NCBI GenBank assembly: GCA_030614005.1
Contig: JAUWKS010000003.1
Location: 60,001-92,000, forward strand
Reading direction: 5' to 3'
Origin: Candidatus Heimdallarchaeota archaeon
GTDB lineage: Archaea; Asgardarchaeota; Heimdallarchaeia; JABLTI01
DNA length: 32,000 nucleotides
The translations under genes were made by a program, and so were the position numbers. How positions within the stretch are numbered: position 1 is the first letter of the stretch; the number at the start of each line of letters is the position of its first letter. The notes under the pieces are model-generated. The model searched no databases. It saw nothing but the letters and a program-made list of their open reading frames with translations, and was not told the DNA's origin. Below, piece by piece: positions 24,561 through 32,000 of the stretch.

Positions 24561-27500
24561 TATTTTTGATTTTGGTCCGTGACCAATCCAATGTTTCAGT
24601 ATATATTTTCCGACCAAGAATTTCGCTAATTCCATTAAGAGTGCTGCAATAACACAAATGCCTATGACTAACAACCAATCATAAAGTCCTATTGGCATAC
24701 TGTTGAAGACAGTATTATTAATACCAAATTCAGGTTTCATAGGAACATAAATGGCAACCATTTGAAGACTAAGAGCTAATCCAACTGACATCCAAAGCCA
24801 TTTGTTATTGAATGGATTCATTCTTAATGTTGTTCTTTCAAAACCGGATCGAGTGATAAAAACATTGAACATTTCAAATAAAACAGACATTGTAAAGTTT
24901 AGTGTCTGACCATAGGAATACCAAACTTCTGAACTAACTCCACCAGTATAATGATTGAGGTTTGTTTCTTTTGTAAATATCAAAGCAAAATTTTTCATCC
25001 AAGTTGGTGTGGTATCAAGTGCCGCATTAACAGCTGCTATTTGCTCATCTAAATCTGTAATAACTGTTACATCAATGATATTTGCTTCACCAACATAAGC
25101 TAATGGAACAAAAACAATCATACTAGCTGAGAAAGCTAATAATCCCGCGATAATTGAAAAGATATAGATATCTTTCATAAATCCTTCATTTTTCTTTCTT
25201 GGAGGTTCACGCATAATGCCTTCAAATGGTGGGTCAACACTTAAAGCAATAGCCGGCAATCCATCAGTTACTAGATTGATCCAAAGAATTTGGATGGCTG
25301 TGTAAGGTGATCCTAAACCCAAGAAAACAACGCAAACAAATACAGTTAGAATTTCATCAAAATTACTTGCAATTAGATATCTGATGAACTTGAGCATATT
25401 TTGGAATATTGTTCTTCCTCGCTCCACTGCTGTGACTATAGTTGCGAAATTGTCATCTGCTAGAACCATTTGTGCAGCTTCTCGAGTAACATCTGTTCCT
25501 TGGATGCCCATTGCTATACCTATATCTGCTTTTTTGATAGCTGGTGCATCGTTTACTCCATCACCTGTGGTTGCTACTACGTGTCCTTTTTCTTGGAACA
25601 TACTTACAATTCTATGTTTGTGCTCTGGACTCACTCTGGCAAAAATTGAAACATCCTCGATAATATCACTTAATTCTTCATCAGACATTGCTTCTAATTC
25701 AACACCAGTAACAGTCTTCCATTTATCGCCTTGAATTAAACCAATATCTTTTGCAATTGCTTCAGCAGTTATTTTTTGGTCACCAGTGACCATGACTGCC
25801 TCAATACCAGCAGTTCGACATCTTAGCAAAGCACCTTTGACTTCTGGCCTTGCAGGATCTATTAAACCTAACAATCCAAGGAATACGAGGTCTGTTTCGA
25901 TGTTTGCTTCTAGTTCAGATAGAAAGTCTTCTTTATCAACTTTAATCAATCTTTCATCTACAACTCTGTAAGCCAGTGCTAAAACACGCAATGCTCTTGA
26001 AGCCATCTCATCATTCATTTCAAGTATTTTTTCTTTAACGCCATCAGAGAGAGAAGACACCTTACCATCAATAGAAATGAAACTACAATGTTCTAACAAA
26101 ACAGGAGGTGAACCTTTAGAGTAAGCAATGAGATCTTCTTCAAATTCCTTTGAATCAGAAAATCGATTAATAGTTGTCATTCGCTTTCTTTGAGAATCAA
26201 AGAATATCTCTGCTTCCCTTTTGTATAATTTTTCATCATACATTCCCGCTTTTCTAGCAAGTACCATCAATGAGACTTCAGTAGGATCACCAATAATTTC
26301 AATATCATCTGTTTCTTTGTCAAAGTGTACTATTGAATTATTACATAATAAAGAAACGCGAGCCATTTTTTCAATGTCAGGTGATCGTAACGGATCAACT
26401 ACCTTACCATCTTCAATAAATTGTCCAATAGGTTTGTAACCTTCCCCAGTAATTTTAATTTGATGGTTTAGTGTTCTGACTTCTACAACTGTCATTTCAT
26501 TCTTTGTCAAAGTGCCTGTTTTATCACTACAAATAACATCAACAATACCTAATGTTTCAACAGCAGGTAGACGGGAAATAATAGCATTTTGTTTTGCCAT
26601 CATTCGTACACCAATGGCATAAGTAAGTGTTATAGCTGCTGGCAATCCTTCTGGAATCGCTGAAACTGCTAATGCAATCGCATTTTCTAATGCTTCAACC
26701 ACATGGTCAATTTCTATCTCATGTAATACAGCTACCTCATGCAATATTGTAGCTCCGAAAACAATTGCACAAATTATTATTATTGTTAAACCAAGTATTT
26801 TACCAAGTTTATCAAGATTCTTTTGGAGAGGGGTAGGTTCTTCTTTTTCGCTTTGCATTAAAGCAGCAATTTTACCCATTTCGGTTTCCATACCCGTATC
26901 AACAACAATCGCTTTAGCTCTTCCATAAGTAACAGTTGTACCCATGAAAAGCATATTACGACGATCACCAATAACAGCATTAACAGCTATAAGTTGTTTT
27001 GGGCTTTTACTAAGACTAATAGATTCACCAGTCAATGCACTCTCGTCTACTTTCAAACTGGTCGATTCGAGTAATCTCATATCTGCTGGAACCTTTTCTC
27101 CTGCCTCAATAAGAACAATATCACCTACAACAAGGTTTGTCGAATCAATTACATGTTCATCACCATTACGAATTACTCGAACTTCCTTGCTCACCATTTT
27201 TTTAAGTTCTTCTAATGATTTTTCTGCTTGATACTCTTGAATAAACCCAATTAAACCGTTAACAATAACGATTGCAAAAATTACAATTGCTTCAACATAT
27301 TCCTCAAAAATAATTGAAACAATTGCAGCAATAAATAGAAGGCCGATTAAGATATCAAAGAATTGACCTAGAAACAGAAGCATGAGATTAGTTTTGCCTT
27401 TTTCAACTAGAACATTCAAACCATATTTTTCTACTCTATAGGCAATCTCTTTGTCATCTAACCCTAAAGTGGGGTTGACGTCTAACTTTTCTAGTACTTC

Positions 27501-27593
27501 TCCAGTATCCATCGCATGATATGCACGGTCTGGACCTGCTTCCGCAATTTTCCTATCGATTTCGTCTTGTTTATTTTTCCTGTTTCTGGACAT
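24546..27593 (-). CDS. P-type ATPase, type IIA (Ca2+-transporting, SERCA-like)
   Basis: TGES, AVSAIPEGLP, DKTGTLT, VTGD, TGDGVNDAP, M5 SNFDE, M6 LWINLVTDGLPA and M8 FEMFN. Confidence 0.95.
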   Translation of the reverse strand: MSRNRKNKQDEIDRKIAEAGPDRAYHAMDTGEVLEKLDVNPTLGLDDKEIAYRVEKYGLNVLVEKGKTNLMLLFLGQFFDILIGLLFIAAIVSIIFEEYVEAIVIFAIVIVNGLIGFIQEYQAEKSLEELKKMVSKEVRVIRNGDEHVIDSTNLVVGDIVLIEAGEKVPADMRLLESTSLKVDESALTGESISLSKSPKQLIAVNAVIGDRRNMLFMGTTVTYGRAKAIVVDTGMETEMGKIAALMQSEKEEPTPLQKNLDKLGKILGLTIIIICAIVFGATILHEVAVLHEIEIDHVVEALENAIALAVSAIPEGLPAAITLTYAIGVRMMAKQNAIISRLPAVETLGIVDVICSDKTGTLTKNEMTVVEVRTLNHQIKITGEGYKPIGQFIEDGKVVDPLRSPDIEKMARVSLLCNNSIVHFDKETDDIEIIGDPTEVSLMVLARKAGMYDEKLYKREAEIFFDSQRKRMTTINRFSDSKEFEEDLIAYSKGSPPVLLEHCSFISIDGKVSSLSDGVKEKILEMNDEMASRALRVLALAYRVVDERLIKVDKEDFLSELEANIETDLVFLGLLGLIDPARPEVKGALLRCRTAGIEAVMVTGDQKITAEAIAKDIGLIQGDKWKTVTGVELEAMSDEELSDIIEDVSIFARVSPEHKHRIVSMFQEKGHVVATTGDGVNDAPAIKKADIGIAMGIQGTDVTREAAQMVLADDNFATIVTAVERGRTIFQNMLKFIRYLIASNFDEILTVFVCVVFLGLGSPYTAIQILWINLVTDGLPAIALSVDPPFEGIMREPPRKKNEGFMKDIYIFSIIAGLLAFSASMIVFVPLAYVGEANIIDVTVITDLDEQIAAVNAALDTTPTWMKNFALIFTKETNLNHYTGGVSSEVWYSYGQTLNFTMSVLFEMFNVFITRSGFERTTLRMNPFNNKWLWMSVGLALSLQMVAIYVPMKPEFGINNTVFNSMPIGLYDWLLVIGICVIAALLMELAKFLVGKYILKHWIGHGPKSKIEPAK

Positions 27594-27726
27594 TCAATAC
27601 AACGCCTTTGTTAGATATTGAATTGGGTATTAGTTTATTTACCCATTTTATATTTAATACACTCACAGTGCACATTTAATTAATTAATTTTATTATCAAA
27701 AAAATCTTTGAGTAAAAACCTTTCTA

Positions 27727-28389
27727 TCAAAAGAAAGAAAGTATTTTATCTCTGATATGAGATTCAGTGTTAATAGCAGTAATTAAGGCACTTTTACGAG
27801 CTAATTCAATAGTATTAGCTGCTACAATCAATATTTTTGTTTGCTTTTGTTTTGGTTTGTTGAATAAGCTATCCATTTTTAATTCTAAATCTGGAAAATA
27901 ATTTAACACCTGAATTTCATTTTCTGGAAACTTTATTGTTAAATCATCTGTTATGTCAAATAATAAAATAGCTTCTGCACCATAAGCAATTGCAATATCC
28001 CTTATTTTCCAAGAAGGGTCTTCTTGCTTATTTTTCAAACATTTCAATGATGTAAAGTAATGTTGCTTGTTTTCAAATGCCTGATAATCAAAATCACCAT
28101 AATCATAAAGTCGTTGATTAACCAAAGCAATTACTTTCATACCGTTTTCTGCAAGAGAATGTCCTGTTCTTCCAGGAGTTGTAGTTAACAGCTTTTTACT
28201 TTTACAATAATTGAGCAAAGATTTGGTACTACTCTCGGAGAGAAGTAGTTTCTCTTGAAGTTTATATCTCCCCATTGATTCTTTCGAAATCAAAATTAAT
28301 GCTGTAAGTATATCACTGTCTGTGAATTCTGCACGGGCACCACGCTTGCCTGTTTTTATCCATTTAACAATTTTAGACATTGAGTACAA
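27727..28389 (-). CDS. Winged-HTH protein, PH0730/DUF4443-like putative regulator
   Basis: AEFTDSDILTALILI..MGRYKLQEKLLLSESSTKSLL...GHSLAENG followed by IRDIAIAYGAEAILL. Confidence 0.7.
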   Translation of the reverse strand: MYSMSKIVKWIKTGKRGARAEFTDSDILTALILISKESMGRYKLQEKLLLSESSTKSLLNYCKSKKLLTTTPGRTGHSLAENGMKVIALVNQRLYDYGDFDYQAFENKQHYFTSLKCLKNKQEDPSWKIRDIAIAYGAEAILLFDITDDLTIKFPENEIQVLNYFPDLELKMDSLFNKPKQKQTKILIVAANTIELARKSALITAINTESHIRDKILSFF

Positions 28390-28410
28390 CTCACTAGTTC
28401 ACTTTCATAA

Positions 28411-28926
28411 TTAATTTTTCATTTGTTTATTCGTCTTTTTCGAGTCTTTCACAGTAATAACTATTACCCAAGCAATCCCTGCCAAGAAGGCTACAGATAA
28501 AATACCTATTATAATAAATAACCAAACTCTAACTGGATGATCTGTAGGATCTGCTGGGTCTGTTCCTTTAGCTACTTCAAAACCATCATTGAACCTATCT
28601 CCGTCTGTATCCTCATTCCAAGGATCCGTTCCAAAAAGATATTCATCTATATTTACCAATTCATCAAAATCATAATCAAAATTACTATCATCACGGTCAA
28701 TATCGAGGTCATTCTCAATTTCCCAGGCATCTGGCATGCCGTCTTGATCTGTATCTGTTTCGTTTTCATCATTCAAAACAAAGATTATCTGATACTGATA
28801 ATTCAATTCTAATTGGTCTGAAGTAAGTAGATTAAAATTATGATTGTTAGCAGTATCAGCAAGTGGTGTTGCAAGTAGTATTACTACTATCAAAGAAACT
28901 GAAAAACGAATAAATGGTTTTTTCAT
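28411..28926 (-). CDS. Small membrane-anchored protein with three DxDxDG (TSP3-like) repeats
   Basis: Signal peptide, DTDQDGMPDAWE / DYDFDELVNIDE / DTDGDRFNDGFEVAKGTDP, a C-terminal TM and a Lys-rich tail. Confidence 0.8.
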   Translation of the reverse strand: MKKPFIRFSVSLIVVILLATPLADTANNHNFNLLTSDQLELNYQYQIIFVLNDENETDTDQDGMPDAWEIENDLDIDRDDSNFDYDFDELVNIDEYLFGTDPWNEDTDGDRFNDGFEVAKGTDPADPTDHPVRVWLFIIIGILSVAFLAGIAWVIVITVKDSKKTNKQMKN

Positions 28927-28951
28927 GCATGATCCTCTCTCTAATTTTAAC

Positions 28952-29638
28952 TTACTTCACTTGAGCCATTTTTTCACTCAATATTACCCAACATTTCGTT
29001 GTAATTACTAACTCATCTCCTCTCGATTTTCTAAAAGGATAAGCTCGTAACCAAAAATCTGTTTCTTCAGTAGCAATTAAAATAACTTCTACACCAAATC
29101 TGCCAACGCCACCAATCTTTGTAAAGTACAGATAAAAACTTTGAATTGCTTTTACTTCAGTGATGTTTTTATTGGGAATTTCTTTCCACCAGAAGATATT
29201 TCTCCAACTGATTTTTTCCGGGGTAAATTCTACCTTGAAAGTTAACATACAAATTAATCTAATTATTGTGTAAAGATAAGCTAACCCACCGATAATTATT
29301 GGTAATAGTAAAACTAGATCTAGTGAAAGAAAAATTAGTCCCGGAACAAAACAAGCAGAACCAACAAACATTAAAGGTAAAAATTGTGTGACCATAAATA
29401 GCCAAAAATCTCTTTTTTCAATTTTTAAACTATATCCTCGTTTAATTTTCTCAATAAGCTCTTTTTCATTTTCCTCACTAATTTCAAGTTTAACAGAATG
29501 TTTCTCAACAAATTTCTGCCGTTTTTCTTCCACTTCTTTTAGTCCTTCTCCACCAAGTAGAGACTCTTTCAGAGAAACTCGTACTTTCTCGCTTCTGTTC
29601 CGCTTCTTCTTTTCTCCACTCACGTTTAGCACCTTCAA
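28952..29638 (-). CDS. Two-TM membrane protein with a C-terminal bacterial PH-like domain
   Basis: Charged N-terminus, two TMs, then KVEFTPEKISWRNIFWWKEIPNKNITEV. Confidence 0.6.
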   Translation of the reverse strand: MKVLNVSGEKKKRNRSEKVRVSLKESLLGGEGLKEVEEKRQKFVEKHSVKLEISEENEKELIEKIKRGYSLKIEKRDFWLFMVTQFLPLMFVGSACFVPGLIFLSLDLVLLLPIIIGGLAYLYTIIRLICMLTFKVEFTPEKISWRNIFWWKEIPNKNITEVKAIQSFYLYFTKIGGVGRFGVEVILIATEETDFWLRAYPFRKSRGDELVITTKCWVILSEKMAQVK

Positions 29639-29851
29639 TATGGAAATAATTATCTTATAGCTTTTTTAATGTTAAGTTTAAGCTTTTGAAAAGTGTTTCT
29701 AATCCAATTGAAAAACTTAACATAAGAAACCTAACAAATCTCTCCATTTAATCATTTTTGATAGGCTACTCAAAAGTACTTAATGCTTTACTAACGATAA
29801 ATATTTTAAGTAAGGTTATCTTTCTTATATGACTTATATACTTCTGTAAGG

Positions 29852-30112
29852 TTGGAAGATATGGAAGTACACCAGCACCCTGAGAAAAAACATTACATAG
29901 TAACAGATGAAACTAGATGCAAAGGTTGTGGACTATGCATAGAGTTTTGTCCGAAAAATTGCCTTGGTTTTTCGGATGTATTAAATGAAAAAGGATGGCG
30001 TGTATCAAAAATGCATCGAATGAAAGATTGCATTAAATGTTACATGTGCGAACGTATGTGTCCTGATTTTGCGATATTCGTGGATGAAAGTGATGTTCCA
30101 AAGAAAAAATGA
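29852..30112 (+). CDS. korD: 2x[4Fe-4S] ferredoxin, delta subunit of 2-oxoacid:ferredoxin oxidoreductase
   Basis: CKGCGLCIEFCP and CIKCYMCERMCPDFAI, directly upstream of korA. Alternative start at ATG 29861. Confidence 0.9.
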   Translation: MEDMEVHQHPEKKHYIVTDETRCKGCGLCIEFCPKNCLGFSDVLNEKGWRVSKMHRMKDCIKCYMCERMCPDFAIFVDESDVPKKK

Positions 30113-30161
30113 TTACGAGCTCAAGGTGAAATAAGATTGATACACATAGGAGAAAAAGTCC

Positions 30162-31328
30162 GTGGTAGTAGATAGACAACCAAAGGTTATGACTGGAACC
30201 TACTTTAAAAATGGTAATTGGGGTATAGTTGAAGGAGCAATCGCAAGTGGTATTGCAGAATTTTTTGCTTATCCTATTTCCCCCGCTTCTGAGGTTGTTG
30301 AATACATCAGTATTCGCTTACCTGCTGTAGGAGGAAAAGCAGCTTTCATCGTAGAAGATGAAATAGCTTCAATAAATATGTGTATTGGAGCCTCCTGGGC
30401 GGGGTCCAAAGTTATGACAACAACTTCTGGACCTGGTTTTTCACTTAAACAAGAAGGAATTGGTCTTGCTTTCATGTCTGAAACACCGATGGTTATAGTT
30501 AATGTTCAAAGAGGGGGACCAGCAACTGGTTTGCCCACATTTTCTGCACAAGGAGATTATATGCAAGTTCAGTTTGGAACACATGGAGATTATTCAGCCA
30601 TTGCATTAACACCTTGGACTGTGCAAGAATGCTTTGATTTAACAATTAAAGCTTTCAATATATCAGAACAGCTCCGCACTCCGGTTATTCTTCTTGCCGA
30701 TGGTGAGGTGAGTAGAATGATGGAAGAAATTACCATTCCAGAGGAGAAAGAAATAGAAGTACTTCATAGAAAAACTCCTCCGAAAGGAACTGACAAATCA
30801 AATTTTAATCAATTTGATGCTAGAAATGAACCTGATTTAGTTCCACCAATGGCCCACTATGGTGATGGCTATAAAATATTTGGCACCGGATTAACTCATA
30901 AAATCAGTGGTGTGCCTCATTTAGATGAAGATTTACATATTAAGTTAATGGGCAGGTTATTTAAGAAAATTGAAATAAACAAACATCTATATCCTGAACC
31001 TGAATATCATTTTGTTGACGATGCTGAGGTTGTTATAGTTGCAACAGGTATTGTTGCTAGATCTGCTATGGAAGCAATTCTTGAAGCAAGAGAAAAAGGA
31101 ATTAAAGCAGGGTTGATGCGTTTAATTACTGTTTGGCCATTTCCAGAAGAAGCAGTGGAAAAATTGGCTCAAAAAGCAAAGCTGATTGTTGCAGAAATGA
31201 GTATGGGTCAGTTAATTTGGCCTGTGGAACGATTTGCAAGAAAGAAATGCAAATTAGTTACTAGGATTGGTGGAACACCTCCAACTCCAAAAAAGATTCT
31301 AGAAGCAATAGAAGAAGAAGCAAAATGA
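30162..31328 (+). CDS. korA: 2-oxoacid:ferredoxin oxidoreductase alpha subunit
   Basis: YPISPASE, EDEIAS, TSGPGFSLKQE and QRGGPATGLPT. Confidence 0.93.
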   Translation: MVVDRQPKVMTGTYFKNGNWGIVEGAIASGIAEFFAYPISPASEVVEYISIRLPAVGGKAAFIVEDEIASINMCIGASWAGSKVMTTTSGPGFSLKQEGIGLAFMSETPMVIVNVQRGGPATGLPTFSAQGDYMQVQFGTHGDYSAIALTPWTVQECFDLTIKAFNISEQLRTPVILLADGEVSRMMEEITIPEEKEIEVLHRKTPPKGTDKSNFNQFDARNEPDLVPPMAHYGDGYKIFGTGLTHKISGVPHLDEDLHIKLMGRLFKKIEINKHLYPEPEYHFVDDAEVVIVATGIVARSAMEAILEAREKGIKAGLMRLITVWPFPEEAVEKLAQKAKLIVAEMSMGQLIWPVERFARKKCKLVTRIGGTPPTPKKILEAIEEEAK

Positions 31329-31338
31329 AGGTGAAATA

Positions 31339-32000
31339 ATGGCTGCAAAAGACCTCGAAATAGATACAAGTACTCTAGTAAAAAAGCCAAAGAAAACGTT
31401 ACAACATACTCATGATAATCTCTTACGAAAAATAGCTATTCCAACTATTTATTGTCCAGGCTGTGGAATAGGCACTACAATAAACGCTTTTCTGGAAGCG
31501 ATTACCAAGTATACAATTGTTCCTCATGATAATATTTTAGTTGTAAGCGGCATTGGATGCTCTGGCAGAGCAAGTGGATATGTGAATCTTGATGGTTTTC
31601 ATGCATTACATGGTAGAGCTATCCCATTTGCATCAGGTGTAGAAATCGCCAGACCAAAGATGAAACCTGTCATTATTTCGGGTGATGGGGACCTTTTCTC
31701 AATCGGTTTGGGACATTTGGCTCATGCCGCGAGGAGAAATATCGATATGACCGTTATTTGTGTAAATAATGCTATTTACGGGTTGACAGGAGGACAAGAT
31801 GCACCAACAACTCCCGTTGGAGCAAAATCTAGAACTACTCCATATGGTAAAATTTCATTCCCATTCAATTTATCACATGTTGCTATAGCAAATGGGGCAA
31901 CATTTTGTGCAAGATATACTGTTTATGAATTTATTCAACTTGCAAAAGCTATTGGTAGAGGAATGACTCATCAAGGATTTTCCTTCATTGAAGTTATTTC
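31339..32000 (+). CDS. korB: 2-oxoacid:ferredoxin oxidoreductase beta subunit, partial (runs off the window edge)
   Basis: Manual translation from ATG 31339 (GGTGA upstream): ...IYCPGCGIG...VVSGIGCS...LHGRA...SGDGDLFSIG...NNAIYGLTGGQ (TPP-binding motif). Not in the ORF track. Confidence 0.93.
   Translation, partial: MAAKDLEIDTSTLVKKPKKTLQHTHDNLLRKIAIPTIYCPGCGIGTTINAFLEAITKYTIVPHDNILVVSGIGCSGRASGYVNLDGFHALHGRAIPFASGVEIARPKMKPVIISGDGDLFSIGLGHLAHAARRNIDMTVICVNNAIYGLTGGQDAPTTPVGAKSRTTPYGKISFPFNLSHVAIANGATFCARYTVYEFIQLAKAIGRGMTHQGFSFIEVI

Noticed and set aside
490-31390. Remaining short ORF-track entries nested in or antisense to long genes (for example 490-825, 6954-7304, 18935-19201, 25384-25734, 29388-29660)
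   Set aside because: They overlap well-supported genes, have no motifs and are expected by chance.

Overview
AT-rich archaeal genomic window, most likely from an Asgard archaeon (Heimdallarchaeia-like). The taxonomy is inferred, not looked up. It rests on an Arf-family small GTPase at the left edge (missed by the ORF track), PAN, A/V-type ATPase subunit D, a PH0730/DUF4443-type wHTH protein, a HEAT protein with a PCI-like tail, and GGAG/GGTGA ribosome-binding sites. No rRNA, tRNA, CRISPR array or mobile element was recognised. Gene order: Arf-like GTPase (partial, minus); ABC-2 operon (NBD plus two permeases); HAM1/RdgB pyrophosphatase; Lys/Glu-rich membrane protein; GNAT; PAN; orphan atpD; small membrane protein; ATP-dependent PEPCK; HEAT/PCI-like protein; degV with an in-frame stop; surface protein; AstE/AspA deacylase; two beta-propeller surface proteins, one carrying about 24 Asp-rich Ca-binding-type repeats; bPH membrane protein; acidic-tail membrane protein; two OsmC paralogues; DUF5518-like protein; 2-hydroxyacid dehydrogenase; P2A Ca-ATPase; wHTH regulator; mini Asp-repeat protein; second bPH protein; korD-korA-korB (partial). 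The strongest leads are four. (1) An ABC NBD has lost all three hydrolysis elements (signature, Walker-B Glu, switch His) but kept the ATP-binding ones, and it sits head-to-head with the Arf-like GTPase. (2) A HEAT plus PCI-like protein lies about 3 kb from PAN. (3) An ITPase homologue lacks the SHR specificity motif. (4) A possible calcium-centred cell-surface module combines bPH proteins, DxDxDG-repeat proteins and a SERCA-like pump. Several genes also end in bacterial-style stem-loop plus U-tract elements. All family assignments come from motif recognition by eye and remembered consensus sequences; no searches were run.
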